Assembly: GCF_963921235.1 (NCBI RefSeq)
Contig: NC_086102.1
Location: forward strand, 161,324,001-161,388,000
Length of the DNA stretch: 64,000 nucleotides
Source: Mobula hypostoma
Lineage: Eukaryota
Direction: 5' to 3'
The notes beneath the pieces are model-generated. The model was not told the origin of the DNA and searched no databases. It worked only from the letters and a program-made list of their open reading frames with translations. Shown here one piece after another: positions 12,481 to 26,619 of the stretch. Both the position numbers and the translations under genes were made by a program. Each line of letters begins with the position of its first letter. Position 1 is the stretch's first letter.

Positions 12481-14174
12481 GGTTGAAGGTACGAAAGGAG
12501 AAGGTAAACTTAAAATTGATTCTGCAGCTAGTTATGATGCTGCATGGTATACTGCAACTGCTATAAACAAAGCTGGCCGTGACACCACAAGGTGTAAAGT
12601 CAATGTTGAGCTTGAATATGCTGAACCTGAACCAGAGAGAAAATTAATAATTCCGAAAGGAACATATAAGGCTAAGGAGATATCAGCTCCTGAATTAGAA
12701 CCTCTCCATCTGCGTTATGGTCAGGAACAGTGGGAGGAAGGTGATCTGTACGATAAAGAAAAACAGCAGAAACCTCATTTCAAAAAGAAGACCAGCTCTG
12801 TGAGGCTCAAGTGTTTTGGACCAGCACATTTTGAATGCAGACTAACACCAATTGGTGATCCAACAATGGTCGTTGAGTGGTTGCATGATAGTAAGCCCCT
12901 TGCTGCAGCCAATAGACTTCGCATGATTAATGAATTTGGATACTGTAGTCTTGACTTTGAAGTAGCATATCCTCGGGATAGTGGTATTATCACCTGTCGA
13001 GCTACAAACAAGTATGGTACTGATCAGACATCAGCTACTCTCATTGTGAAAGATGAAAAAAGCCTGGTTGAAGAATCACAGTTACCTGAAGGGAGAAGGG
13101 GAATGCAGCGAATTGAAGAACTTGAAAGGATAGCCCACGAAGGGGCAATTACAGGTCTTGTAGAAGACCTTATAAAAGAAAAAACAAAGCCTGAAATTGT
13201 CTTGTTTCCAGAACCAGCAAGAGCATTGGAAGGTGAAACGGCTCGTTTCCGGTGCCGTGTGGTCGGTTATCCTCAACCAAAGGTGAACTGGTATCTTAAT
13301 GGACAACTTATTCGCAAGAGCAAACGGTTTAGACTACGCTACGATGGTATCTATTATCTGGAAATTGTTGATTGTAAATCCTATGATTCAGGTATTGTCA
13401 AGGTTACAGCAGAAAATCCTGAGGGAGTAGTGGAACACACAGTGAAACTAGAAATCAATGAAAGAGAAGATTTCAGGTCTATCTTGCGGCGAGCTCCTGA
13501 ACAGAAAGTTGAAACTGGTGTTTTGGAACCAGCTAAGCCATTCTTTGAAGTTGTAAAAGTAGAAAGACCAACAGATGCTGCAGCTAAAGAAGTGGTGAAG
13601 CTCAAGAAGACTGAAAGAATTATTCATGAAAAATCAACGGAGGAAACTGAAGAATTGCGAAGTAAGTTTAAACGTAGAAAGGAAGAAGGTTATTATGAAG
13701 CCATTACAGCAGTTGAACTCAAAACCCGCAGACGGGATGAAGCTTATGAAGATATGCTGAGGAAAAGAAAGGAAGAACTTCTCCATTGGACCAAACAAGT
13801 ACCTGAGGAGGAGAAGAAATTGCCTCCTCCTGAAGGCACTGTCACCATTCCAACTTTTAAGCCTGATAAGATTCAATTATCGCCAAGTATGGAAGCTCCC
13901 AAAATTTTAGAGCGCATTCAGAGTCAGACTGTAGCCATTGGAGATGAAAGTCATTTCCATGTTAGAGTAGTAGGCAGACCAGACCCTGAATGTCAGTGGT
14001 TTAAGAACGGTGTGAAGCTTGAAAAAACTGAAAGGATCTACTGGTACTGGCCTGAAGACAATGTATGTGAACTTGTGATCAGAGATGTTGTACCTGAAGA
14101 TTCTGCCAGTATAATGGTAAAAGCAATCAACGTTGTTGGAGAAACCTCAAGCCATGCCTTTCTGCTTGTACAAG
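12481..14174 (+). CDS. TTN: Titin large exon (~28), several Ig domains and unique linkers at the Z/I junction
   Basis: ORF 12425-14182; e.g. [25 protein letters not shown] and [19 protein letters not shown]; AG at 12479-12480, GT at 14175; 1694 nt. Confidence 0.97.
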
Positions 14175-14253
14175 GTACTTAACTTTGTGGACTAAACAGT
14201 AGATTTTTGTTTATTAATCACTTGGTATTTACAGTTTTTATTTTGATTTTCAG

Positions 14254-14535
14254 CTAAACAAGTAATCACGTTTACTGAGGAGCTACATGATGTCAATGCA
14301 AAAGAGAAAGATACCATGGCAACTTTTGAGTGTGAATTATCAGAACCATTTATTAAAGTACAGTGGTTTAAGAATGATGTGCCAATTTCCTCTGGTGATA
14401 AATACCGAATGCATTCTGACCGGAAAGTTCACTTATTATCTGTATTGACCATTAATATGAATGATGCTGCAGAATATAGTTGTGCTGTTGCTGAAGACCC
14501 TTTTATAAAATCAACAGCTAATCTTATTGTTGAAG
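14254..14535 (+). CDS. TTN: Titin exon (~29), proximal I-band Ig
   Basis: AKQVITFTEELHDVNAKEKDTMATFEC...GDKYRMHSDRKVH; canonical splice sites; 282 nt. Confidence 0.95.
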
Positions 14536-15078
14536 GTGAGAAAGGGCTTAAGTTGCATACCAATATTCTAATTCCTTTTTCAAAACAGTCTACAAAGAGT
14601 GAGAGGAAGGAGAGCAGGTAGCCTGAACAATTTAGAAAGGGAATTCTAATGCTTGTGGTGTAGATAGTTAATGAGTTAGCAGTGATGTGGGTGGGGCTGG
14701 AGTTCTTAAAGGATTACACAAGTTTTGATTTGTCAAATGTCCTAATACTTCCTAATGTAGCCTAGTATTTAGCCCTATCCTAATGCTTCTGGGAAGTTAC
14801 ATGGAATATCTTACCAAGTTTAAGTTGCTAAATAAGTACCATACCCATTGCCATATTACTGACGTACAACATGTTCATGGATCACAGCTTATTTCAGACA
14901 GTTCCATTTAAAAGAATGGTGTGTTGAGAATTTATAATGTAATTTTGTACCTTATCACTTACTGATGTCTTATAAGCATTGTTTCCCATTGAGAAAATTG
15001 GATAATATTAGTTGGTATTATTAAAAAGTGCAATGAAGGAGTGACTTAAAAGTTATGCATTTTATTATTTGTACATAG

Positions 15079-15345
15079 GAACTGTCCTTGAATTCATTGA
15101 AGAGCTTGCAGATCTAGAAGTGCCAGAGTCATTCTCGGGTGAATTAGAATGTGCTGTTTCATGTGAAGATGCTGAAGGAAAATGGTATAAGGGAGACAAA
15201 GAGATTCATTCCAGTAGCAAGTACTCCATCACAGCTCGCCGTGGTCGTCATACTCTGACAGTTAAGGATGTTGCCAAGGAAGACCAGGGTTGCTATAGTT
15301 TTGTAGTACTTGATAAAAAGACAAGTTGCAATCTGAAAATGAAAC
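15079..15345 (+). CDS. TTN: Titin exon (~30), Ig
   Basis: GTVLEFIEELADLEVPESFSGELEC...RRGRHTLTVKDV; donor C|GTAAGT; 267 nt. Confidence 0.95.
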
Positions 15346-15501
15346 GTAAGTTAATTTCACATTGAAAATTACATTGGTGCACACTTTTTGTATTTTCTAA
15401 TATGTGGTTTAAAGAAAAGAATCTATTGTTTGTATGTTCATCAGGTTTAGTAATATTGCCCAGAATAATTTATTGATAAAAACAATCTTTGTTATTTGTA
15501 G

Positions 15502-15774
15502 CACGTGCAGTGGCTATCATTCAAGAACTTGGAGATCAGTCTGTTTGTGAAGGCGATATCGCCCAACTTGAAGTAAAGTTCTCTCAAGAAAACGTTGAAG
15601 GTGTCTGGCAGAAAGATGGCCAAGAAATCCAAGCTAATGAACGCATTCACATTGTTATAGATAAAACATCACACATGTTACTGATTGAGGATTCAACGAA
15701 AGAAGATGCTGGCAGATATTCATTTATTGCCACTGATTTGGACCTTGTAACATCTGGACATTTAACTGTACAAT
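15502..15774 (+). CDS. TTN: Titin exon (~31), Ig
   Basis: PRAVAIIQELGDQSVCEGDIAQLEVK...HIVIDKTSHMLLIED; donor T|GTAAGT; 273 nt. Confidence 0.95.
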
Positions 15775-15880
15775 GTAAGTATTCATTTATTTGTTTTTTA
15801 TATTATCTGTATAGTTTTTCATGAAGTAATATGGAACCTTCATAGCATCCAAGAATTTTCAAAAAAAATTTATTTTCCAG

Positions 15881-16144
15881 GTATTGATATAGTGATCCCT
15901 CTTAGAGATCAAACAACTCTTGAGGGAACAAAAGTGGTTTTAGAGTGCAAAGTTTCAGTTGCACATATTACTTCTGTGAAATGGTACTTCAATGATCAAC
16001 CAATTCAGTTTGGTGACCGGATACAAACTGTCGCAAAAGGGGCTAAACAGCGCTTGGTGATTAACAGATCATATGCTTCAGATGAAGGATGCTACAAACT
16101 TGTCATTGGCAAAACTGAAACAAGCTGTAACCTTACCATTGAAA
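15881..16144 (+). CDS. TTN: Titin exon (~32), Ig
   Basis: IDIVIPLRDQTTLEGTKVVLECKVS...KQRLVINRSYASDEG; TTTTCCAG acceptor; 264 nt. Confidence 0.95.
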
Positions 16145-16242
16145 GTACGTGCTGAATTATTATGAAGTTGTTTAAGAACTTACATTTTTGTTTGCCGAGT
16201 AACTTGTTTTCCTAAAGCCTGGATTTGTATCTTTTTATATAG

Positions 16243-16503
16243 GAATTCAAATTATTAGAGGACTTAACAACATGACATGCTCAGAGACCCAGGATGTTAC
16301 ATTTGAAGCAGAGTTGTCTCATACTGGAATTGATGTAGCTTGGATATTTAGGAACCAGGAGCTCCAAACAGGCCCTAAATGCAAGTTGGAAGCAAAAGGC
16401 AAAGTTTACAGATTAACTGTAATGAATGTAATGAAAGATGAAGAAGGAGAATATACATTTATGGCTGGTGAAAAAACATCAAAAGCAAATCTTACAGTTT
16501 CAG
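16243..16503 (+). CDS. TTN: Titin exon (~33), Ig
   Basis: IQIIRGLNNMTCSETQDVTFEAELSHTGIDV...MKDEEGEYTF; donor G|GTATGA; 261 nt. Confidence 0.95.
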
Positions 16504-18435
16504 GTATGAAGGTGTTATTGATACCATGTTGATTTAACCATGAGGAAAACAATAGTTTTGTTTGTATATTAAAAGTTCATACCACTTCTTCAGAGAAATA
16601 AATTGAAAGCATTTGAAATATTGCAGATTTCCAGATTACTCTATCTGATGGGGTTATTTGATGAAAATAGTCTGCATGCATTTTGCAGTACACATGTTTA
16701 TGGCATTCCCCAATTTGATTAGTTGAAAGCTAAAATGGATAATCACAGCTCTGGTAGACTTTGCTTAATTCTGATAAATACAATTAAGATAATAAACTAA
16801 ATTACTCATGTTTAAAAAGTTTTATAATCAAAATATCTAGCATAAAATATTAAGTGTTACATGTCACGGAAGTGTACTTTAAAACAATTTATTTGCTTTC
16901 TTTCATACATTTATTAACACTTGTTTTGATATCTTGCACTCCCAGCAGAAGCCTGGTACAGAGTTACTTTCTCTCTAAAATGAGAGCACAGCTATCTTTT
17001 CTTCTCGCAATCACTGATCACCTCAGTTGCTTACACTTTCAAATTTCTGCTTAAATATTTTCTTTTATAAGAAGGAAGCTTTTTATATTCTATTTGCTAT
17101 CCTTATGGATCATTAGTTTGACCTGTTTCTCAAAATTGATAATAAAAACACACTGCCAGCTTTATGGAAGACTTGACATATGGAAATTTGACTTTATATA
17201 AAGTTCTCTCATAATTTTAAAGCATTTTTCAAGACAGGAAGGTTATAGAAATGTTAAGATCTCCAGGAATTATGGAATATGGGTAGCAGCTAGTTTATTA
17301 AAAAGACAACCAGTCATTAAAAATTGTCCATAAGTAATCGTCCTAGAGTAATCAAACAGATAAATATTCCTGGAAGCACAGTTGCTAGTTTGCAGTGGAA
17401 GGCCAATTAAGGAATATGATTTAGAAACAGAAAAGGCAAATCTCTTCTATTGACACTTGTAGAATGCTTTATCAAGCAAAGTAACATTCATTGATACTTT
17501 AAGGCCATTGAAGTAGGATGTCTTGATCCTGTGCCTTTGTAACTACACAGGGGAAGACAATAAAACAAATGTTCATATTAATCAAACCTTGTTTGAAGTT
17601 TTCCGCTTCAAACGTTTGGAAAACTTTATTTACAGACTATTTTCAAGAATGGATCCCTTACATAACTGAAGGGCTTGCCTGTAGTTGGCCCCTATCATGG
17701 CATCCTGCAGTCATGTCTTTTGTCACTTTTCCATCTGAGAGGGTTGCAAATCACTCCCACAATGAAGAAATTCAAGTGCTAGTGGAACTTAGTAAAATCC
17801 ACAGATTAGCCCTCTCAATGTTTCCATTTCAGGGTTCTGTTTCCTTTCTCCTGAAATCTGTTCCCATCCTATATTCCTTTCACCACCACTAAATTTTTTC
17901 CTCAAACTCTAAGATACATTTTGAGCAAACCTGAAATACCTTTTGTATTTCTGATTTATGTATGATTAAGTTAGATGTTTTTTATTCTTCTAAGTCCCTG
18001 TTTTGTTACTTCTTGGAATAGAAATAACAGGTCATAGATACTGAATAATTCTCCATTTTCTACATTTCTTCCTTCCTTTTTAGACAATCTAACTTAAACT
18101 TTTATTCAATATATAAAAATGTTGTATGGCACAATGCAATCCATATTCCCAAAAAAAAGCAAATTTGTCAACAATGAAATCACTTTCTTAAGTCATATAT
18201 ACTTTATTTCACAATATATCTTAAAGCAAAATACACTTCAAAGGAAATTGTTAATTAACAACATATTTTTGGGAATCTAATTTTCAAGGCAATCTAACTT
18301 TTTCAAATTTGTTAAGATAAAATTCATTTCAACAGTGTAACTGTTAATGAATTGGAATTTTTAGTATTGACGAAGACAAGTATGCTTTCACATTCAGGTT
18401 AAAAGACAACAGAAAGAAAGTGAAAATATTTTTAG

Positions 18436-18606
18436 GCAACACACATCAAAGTTGCTGGTGAACGCAGCAGGCCAGGCAGCATCTCCAGGAAGAGGTACAG
18501 TCGACGTTACCTCTTCCTAGACATGCTGCCTGGTCCGCTGCGTTCACCAGCAACTTTGGTGTGTGTTGCTTGAATTTCCAGCATCTGCAGAATTCCTGTT
18601 GTTTGT
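18436..18606. mobile_element. Penelope-derived fold-back element, centre deleted
   Basis: Inverted arms; 16-bp TSD GTGAAAATATTTTTAG at 18420-18435 and 18607-18622. Confidence 0.8.
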
Positions 18607-19443
18607 GTGAAAATATTTTTAGTTTACAAAGTACTCCATTCTGCTTCTTTTTCTGGAAGTCTCTTAATAATTACATGCTTACCCATGGATTGTTCAACTG
18701 TTATGAATGTAGATCTAGACATGGAATTAAATGTAGTTATTGAGGGATAGAAAGCTATAAGGATTTTAAAATCAACGTTGATGACTGTGAAGCTAATTCA
18801 GCAAGCGAAACCAAAAGTAATGAGGAAAAATGCACTTATTATATGACAAGATATGAGAAATATTCAGTGAACTGTAAATTTCTGGGTGATAGAGAATGAG
18901 AACACAAGGCAGAAAGAAAAGTGTTGAAAAGGCATAAAAGCCACAGATTTCAGCATAAGTGCTGGGATTTAGATAGAGGCACATTCAATGCCAGTGGTCT
19001 TGGTTTTAACTGCAATATAAAATGAAACATCAAGATGGCAAATATTGTGCTTCAGTATTAACTGGGTAATGAATTGGAATCAGTGACAGAACTGTTGAGC
19101 TGGATTTACTTTCTCAGTATTAAGTTACAAAGAGTTGAAACTCATCAAAGAATTGACATTAGTAAGCACTCTGACAGGAGAGAATCAGAAGAGATGAGGA
19201 GAAATATTGGAGAAGTTGAGATAAACTGGTTTCCTTGATGACCAGCTTGGAGAAGAAAAGAAAAAGTAATGATATTAGTTCACTGGACGTTTTGAGAAGC
19301 CACTGCAATGGAAGATACTGAACCAAGCAAGGGGAGTTAATTTAGTCGTTTATTTTCTAAGAGCATTTGAGAAAAAGTAGTATCATTGTTTTTATTAAAA
19401 CCAGCGGAGTAATGACAAAATATCATTTTCAGTGAGGTTGCAG

Positions 19444-20830
19444 TAAGACATCAGAACAGAATTAGGCCATTCATCCCATTGAATCTGCTCCACCATTCCA
19501 TCATGGCTGATTTATTATCCTTCTCAACCCCATTTTCCTGCCTTCACCCCATAACCTTTCAGGTTAGTCAAGAACCTATCAACCTCTGCTTTAAATATAC
19601 CCAGTAACTTGACCTCCACAGCCGTCTGTGGTAATGAATTTCACAGATTCACTACCTGCTGGCTAAAGAAATTCCTTCTAACCTTAGTTCTAAATGGACA
19701 ACTCTCTATTCTGAGGCTGTGCTCCTGGCCGTAGACTTCCCCACGATAGAAAACATCCTCTCCACATCCACTCTATCTAAGCCTTTCCATATTCTATAGT
19801 TTTCAATGAAATCTCCCCTCATTCTTCTAAATTCTAGTGACTACAGGCTGAAACCAATCAAATGCTCCTCATATGTTAACCCTTTCATTCTCAGAATCAT
19901 TCTTGTGAACTTTCTCTGACTCTCTCCAATGCCAGCACATCCTTTATTAGGTAAGGGGTCCAAAACTGCTCATAATACTCCCAAGTGCGGTCTGGTGAAT
20001 GCCTCATAAAGCTGCAGCCATACATCCCTGATTTTATATTCTAGTCCTCTTGAAATGAATGCTAACATTTTATTTGCCTTCTTACCACCATTTCAACCTA
20101 CAAGTTAACCTTTAAGGAATCTTGCATGAGAACTCCCAAGTCCCTTTGCACTCTGACTTTTGAATTTTCTCCCATCTAGAAAATAGTCTATGCCTTTATT
20201 CCTTCTACCAAAATGCATGACCACACACTTCCATACACTGCATTCCATCTGCCACTTCTTTGCCCATTCTCCCAATCTGTCTAAGTCCTTCTGCAGACTA
20301 GCTGCTACCTCAACACTACCTGCCCCTTGTATCAGCCACATACTTGGTCACAAATTCATCAATGTGATCATCCAAATCAATGACATAACATGAAAAGAGC
20401 AGTCCCAATACCGACCCCTGGGGAGCACCACTAGTCACCAGCAGCCAACCAGAATAGCCCTTTTATTCCCACTCTTTGTCTCCTGCCAGACAGTCAATCT
20501 TTTATCCATCCTAGTATCTTTCCAATAATACCACGGACTCTTATTTTGTTAAGCAGCCTCATGTGCAGCACCTTGTCAAAGGCCTTCTAAAAATCCAAGT
20601 AAACAACTTCCACTGACTCTCCTTTGTCTTTCCTGCCTGTTATTTCCTCAAAGAATTCCAAAAAATTTGTCAGGCAAGATTTTCCCTTAAGGAAACCAAG
20701 CTGACTTTGGCCTATTTTATCATGTGCCTTCAAGTACCCAAAACATCATCCTTAATAATGGACTCTAACATCTTCCTAACTACTGAAGTCAGGCTAATTG
20801 GCCCATAATTTCCTTTCTTCTGCTACCCCC
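19444..20830 (-). mobile_element. CR1-like LINE, 5'-truncated, degenerate
   Basis: LQKDLDRLGEWAKKWQM...MHFGRRN (ORF 20105-20341) and a typical 3' UTR. Confidence 0.85.
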
Positions 20831-20984
20831 TCTTAAAGAGTGGAGTGAAATCATTTCTATCTGAATTTCTTTTTGTTAACTGTCATTGCAACAAGTATAA
20901 TTGTGTATGAATAATGGTTAAATTTTGGGAAATTTTGTTTGGCTTTCTTTGTTTAATTTTTTCCATAATTTTGAACATCTATAG

Positions 20985-21245
20985 GTGGTGCCATCAGCAG
21001 ACCACTTAAGGACCTCACAGTTGCTGAATCGCAGCAAGCTATTTTTGAGTGTGCAGTTGCTAATGAACTCTCTGAAGGCACATGGTTAAAAGATGGAAAA
21101 CCAATACACTTCAGTGATATCATCCGAAGTGAAGTAGATGGAGTCACTCGACGTCTCATTTTTGAAGTCACTAAATCAGAAGATGCAGCTGAATACTCAT
21201 ATCAAGTTGCAAGTTCTAAGACCGCTGCAAAACTTAAAGTCGAAG
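20985..21245 (+). CDS. TTN: Titin exon (~34), Ig
   Basis: Hand translation GGAISRPLKDLTVAESQQAIFECAVANELSEGTWLKDG...KTAAKLKVE; AG at 20983-20984, GT at 21246; 261 nt. Confidence 0.93.
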
Positions 21246-22316
21246 GTCAGGATTCTACCCCAATCATTCACATTTTAATTATATCTAATAATCATAAAAA
21301 GTAATGTAATTTGCATATAACATAATGGTTAATAGAAAATAAAGTTTGCCATTAGGAGAACTCACTAATTGAAAATTAGTGGTGAATTAGAGTTAAAAAT
21401 TTAATTATCTAATTTATATCACAAAATACATCAGCTAATGTAAAATTTAACTATGAAGTGTGTAGTTTTGGAGTACTGCAGATGTTAAATTGCTACAAAT
21501 GGTAATTAATGCAGGTGCATACATTTGAGACCTTAGCAATACTGGAGAATGTATCACTGAGGTTGTTGGCCCTCATAACTAATGCTCACAAGAAGAATGC
21601 AGCATATCTAACTCATGATCTCAGTCAGCACACAACAGTCATTTGGCTGTGTCTGCCATTTTAGAGAATGTGCTGGGTAATTAAATGTTGTACATTTGAG
21701 CAAGCATTCTGTAACATGAAATTGATCATGTTTAAAATAATTATCACTTTTAAATTAGTTACTATTTGATTTACCCTTGTTTTTTGTTGCCTTCAGAATT
21801 CTTTAAAGTTCTAAAAACTCTCTTTCTTAACAAGATATTATGTGGTAGGTGGTAGGTGTTACAAGCCTTTGTGTCAGTCAGATGTTCTGTAGAAATCACT
21901 TGCTCCCAGATGTAGATTGTTAGGCAGGATGTCCCTTTGAGATGATTGAGTATATAAAGAAGATCCATAAAGCAGGATGGGTTGCTAGGAGAAAGCAAAG
22001 AAGTACATTTAAAGGAAGTCTTTATTCCTCATTAATGTTAATTTTGGAGTATTGCCCTCTGAATATCTTTCATTTGAGTTCTTCCGGATTTCTTGTTTTG
22101 TGACTGTACACAGACGAATCTCAAGGTTGTATAATTGATATATACCTTGATAATAAATGTACTTTGAATATTCTGGGCTAATACTGGGCTGTTTGGTGCA
22201 TCTAAGCTTTAGTGAAGATGCCCTCTCCAAAATCAGTTTTCCCCCCTCCCCATAACTACAGTTACAATGGCTCCCAAGATGACTTTGGCCATGAAATGTT
22301 AAAGCCATTATCAGAT

Positions 22317-22481
22317 TGCTGGTGGAACTCAGTGGGTCAAGCAGCATCTGTGAAGACAAGGGATAGCTGAAGTTTTGGGTTGAGACAATGTATCAATCTT
22401 GATGGAGGATCTGGATTTGAAACATTTACTATCCCTTTTCCTCCACAGATGCTGGTAAACCTTCTGAGTTCCTCCAGCAAT
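22317..22481. mobile_element. Older, diverged fold-back element of the same type
   Basis: TGCTGGTGGAACTCAG...CTGAGTTCCTCCAGCA inverted arms with a degenerate GAAACAT core. Confidence 0.5.
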
Positions 22482-22764
22482 GACATCATCTCCAAATATT
22501 TATGTCTCCATGAAATTTAAGATATAGGTTTCTTGCATGCTGAAATTAGAGATGCTTGTGTAATGGAAGCCATTGATGTTCATTCAGTTTGCTGTGTCAG
22601 AGAGCATCTAACATCCAAATAAAAAATTATGTTGTGATCTGAAAGAGTAATCAGTCAAATTGGGCAATCAGTTACCCAATAGCTAAAAACCAAATTAAAC
22701 TGCAGTAAGAAAAAACACAGAAAATATTCAGTTAACATTAGTGGAAGGAGAAATAGAGTTAATT

Positions 22765-23520
22765 TAGAACATAAGAAATAGCAGCAGGAGTAGGCCATCT
22801 GGCCCATCGAGCCTGCCTTGCCATTCAATATGATCATGGCTGATCGGTCCGTAAACTCAGCTCCATCTACCTGCCTTTTCTCCATAACCCTTAATTCCCT
22901 TACTATGTAAAAACCTATCTAACTGTTTCTTAAATATATTTAGTGAAGAAGCCTCATCTGCTTCCCTGGGCAGAGAATTCCTCAGATTCACCAGTCTCTG
23001 GGAAAAACAGTTTCTCCTCATCTCCGACCTAAATCTTCTCCCCTGAATCTTGAGGCAATGTCCCCTAGATTTAGTCTCACCTACCAATGGAAACAACTTT
23101 CCTACTTCTATCTTATCTATCCCTTTCAAAAGTTTGTATGTTTCTATAAGATCCCCTCTCATTCTTCTGAACTCCAGAGAGTATAGTCCCAGGCGACTCA
23201 ATCTCTCCTCATAGGTTAACCCTTTCATCCCTGGAATCAACCTGATGAACCTCCTCTGCACTGCCTCCAAAGCCAGTGTATCCTTCCTCAAGTATGGAGA
23301 CCAGAACTGGAGACAGTACTCCAAGTGCGGCCTCACCAGTACCCTGTACAGTTGCTCTTGAATTCCCTGCTCTTGAATTCAATCCCTCTAGCAGTGAAGG
23401 CCAGCATTCCGTTTGCCTCTTAATAACTGTTGTACCTGCAAGCCAACTTTTTGCGATTCATGAACAAGCGCTCCCAGGTTCCTCTGCACAACATCATGCT
23501 GCAATCTTTCCCCATTTAAA
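22765..23520 (-). mobile_element. CR1-like LINE 3' fragment
   Basis: ORF 22857-23336: RPHLEYCLQFWSPYLRKD...LYSLEFRRMRGDLIE. Confidence 0.9.
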
Positions 23521-23889
23521 TAATAATCTGATAATCTATCAGGTGGCAGGCCTTTCATCAGAACAGGGAAAAATAGAAAATTAATTTTAAGTTGCAGGGA
23601 GGGATGCTTAGGATATATAGAATATCTATGATAAGGTGATGCAAAAGTTACCACAAGAATAAATTGTAGAAGCATCCTGTTCAAATGTATTAATGGGGAA
23701 GATGGAGGATGATATTATTAACAAAGAATCATGATGTTTTGCAAACAGCATGGCTGTGATCCAGCAGGACAGGCTGTGCTAATGGATAATGTATTATGGA
23801 TAATACTAAATGTGTGTTATTGATAAATCTAACATCAATGATCAGAGATGACTTCTAGCAGAAATAGTTCTGAAACAGATAAAGAACAT

Positions 23890-24300
23890 GAGCTACCTGA
23901 AGGTGGAGAATTTGATACCAAGTCTTGCAGGTTGCAATGTGCCCTATCAGAAGGTGAGGTGCTCTTCCTCAAGCTTGCATTTTGCCTTGTTATAACAGTA
24001 CAGGAGGCCACTGACTGTTTTTAGTTGCCAGATTGCTTTTAGTTGCCAAATTAATGTAGCAGGCAACAGGATGCTCATGGTTGCCTCTGTAGATTGAATG
24101 AAAAGGCTCTGCAAAGCTGTCAGCCAATCTGCATTTGGCTCTTCCAATGCAGAGTTGACCACATTACCAACACAGAATGCAGTACATTCGTACATTAGTA
24201 TGGAAGAAATGTAAGTGAATTGCTGCCCTGGATGGTGGGGAGGGTACAAGTGAAATAACAGATTTTGCATCTCCTATATGGTTACAAAGAAAAGTAAGAG
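23890..24300 (-). mobile_element. Penelope-like element GIY-YIG endonuclease remnant
   Basis: MYCILC..GQLCIG.AKCRLAD and LLYCYNKAKCKLEEEHLTF in broken frames. Confidence 0.65.
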
Positions 24301-24369
24301 AGTGCCTCGTGGGGATGGATGAGCAGAAAAGTAAGATGCCTAACAAATGAGAGGAAGATGTACAGTGTC

Positions 24370-24580
24370 ACAAGCAGAAGAAAATCTGCAGATGCTGGAA
24401 ATCCAAAACACTGGAGAAATTCAGCAGGCCAGGCAGCGTCTTTGGAAAAGTTCAAACTGTCATTGTTTCAGGCCCTTCACTGATGCAGGGTCTTGACCCG
24501 AAACGTCGACTGTTTACTGCTTTCCATAGATCTTGCTTGGACTCCTGAGTTCCTCCAGCATTTTGTGTATATTGCTGAAG
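24370..24580. mobile_element. Fold-back element with mutated hammerhead core
   Basis: CTGATGC-AGGGTCTTGACCC-GAAA-CGTC-GACTG at 24480 between inverted arms. Confidence 0.65.
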
Positions 24581-24839
24581 ATATGCAGTATATGGTTCTG
24601 GAATCACGTTGGAACAGTCAAAAATGATAAAGAATGATTGATAGAATGTGGAGGCTGGAGAGGTGGAAGGTAAGGATTAGAGGACCTTTGTTTTGCTCTG
24701 TTCAGGAGGTTAGGTATAAGGAAAGGTGTGAACTACAGTTGAGGTGTGGTTAAGCGTTCTCTTCTCAATGGCTGAGGGCTGAGGGGAAGCGATGCTTCAA
24801 GTAGAAGGTAGACAATTCAGAAGCACCAGTGTGGAACAC

Positions 24840-25085
24840 CAGTTGTTTTACTTCTTCACTTCCCATCACCCAGGAACCCAAACAGTCTTACCAAGTGAAG
24901 TACCAATTCACTTCCTCTTCTTCCAGTCTAATTTACTATATTCAGTTTCCATTATGTAATCTCGTTTACATTGGAGAATCAAAGTGCAGATTGGTTGACT
25001 GCTTTGTGGACCATCTGTGTTCACCCTCTAGGAGCAACCCCGAGCTTCCAGTTGCCTGCTACTTTAATTCTTCATGCCATTCCAT
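24840..25085 (+). mobile_element. Penelope-like GIY-YIG remnant; resumes at ~26870-27000 after CR1 and SINE insertions
   Basis: LIYYIQFPLCNLVYIGESKCRL...ELPVACYFNS in ORF 24829-25110. Confidence 0.75.
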
Positions 25086-25119
25086 GCTCACTTTTTTATT
25101 TATTTATTGATTAATTGAT

Positions 25120-26615
25120 TGAGATAGAACATAGAATAGTACAGCACAGTACAGGCCCTTTGGCCCACAATGTTGTGCTGACCCTTAAACCCTGCCTCCC
25201 ATATAACCCCCCACCTTTAATTCCTCCATATACCTGTCTAGTAGTCTCTTAAATTTCACTAGTGTATCTGCATCTGACTCAGGCAGTGCATTCCACACAC
25301 CAACCACTCTCTGAGTAAAAAACCTTCCACTAATATCCTCCTTGAACTTCCCACCCCTTTCCTTAAAGCCATGTCCTCTTGTATTGAGCAGTGGTGCCCT
25401 GGGGAAGAGGCGCTGGCTGTCCACTCTATCTATTCCTCTTATTATCTTGTATACCTCTATCATGTATCTTCTCATCCTCCTTCTCTCCAAAGAGTTAAGC
25501 CTTAGCTCCCTTAATCTCTGATCATAATCCATACTCTCTAAACCGGGCAGCATCCTGGTAAATCTCCTCTGTACCCTTTTCAATGCTTCCACATCCTTCC
25601 TATAGTGAGGCAACCAGAACTGGACACAGTACTCCAAGTGTGGCTTAACCAGAGTTTTACATCGCGACTCTTAAACTCTATCCCTCGACTTATGAAAGCT
25701 AACACCCCATAAGCTTTCTTAACTATGCTATCTACCTGTGAGGCAACTTTCAGGGAGCTGTGGACAGGTACCCCCAGATCTCTCTGCTCCTCCACACTAT
25801 CAAGTATCCTGCCATTTACTTAGTACTCTGCCTTGGAATTTGTCCTTCCAAAGTGTACCACCTCACACTTCTCCGGGTTGAACTCCATCTGCCACTTCTC
25901 AGCCCATTTCTGCATCCTATCAATGACTCTCCGCAATCTTCGACAATCCTCTACACCATCTACAACACCACCAACCTTTGTGTCATCTGCAAACTTGCCA
26001 ATCCACCCTTCTACCCCCACATCCAGGTCGTTAATAAAAATCATGAAAAGTAGAGGTCTCAGAACCGATCCTTGTAGGACACCACTAGTCACAACCCTCC
26101 AATCTGAATGTACTCCCTCCACCACGACCTTCTGCTTTCTGCAGGCAAGCCAATTCTGAATCCACCTGGCCAAACTCCCCTGGATCTCATGCTTTCTGAC
26201 TTCCTGAATAAGCCTACCACCTGGAACCTTGTCAAATGACTTACTAAAATCCATGTAGATCACATCCACTGCACTACCCTCATCTATAATGCCTGGCCAC
26301 CTCCTCAAAGAACTCTATCAGGCTTGTTAGACACGATCTGCCCTTCACAAAGCCATGCTGACTGTCTCTGATCAGACCATGATTCTCTAAATACCCATAG
26401 ATCCTATCTCTTAGAACCTTTTCCAACAGCTTTCCCACCACAGACGTAAAGCTCACTGGTCTATAATTACCCGGACTATCCCTACTACCTTTTGTGAACA
26501 AGGGGACAACATTCGCCTCCCTCCAATCCTCTGGTACCACTCCCATGGACAGCGAGGACATAAAGATCCCAGCCAGAGGCTCAGCAATCTCTTCCCTATA
26601 CAGCATGGAATAGGC
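25120..26615 (-). mobile_element. CR1-like LINE RT fragment, comparatively well preserved
   Basis: ORFs 26280-26639, 25820-26308, 25185-25637: NYRPVS, YMDFSKSFDKV, QGSVL, KFADDTK. Confidence 0.92.
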
Positions 26616-26619
26616 TGAG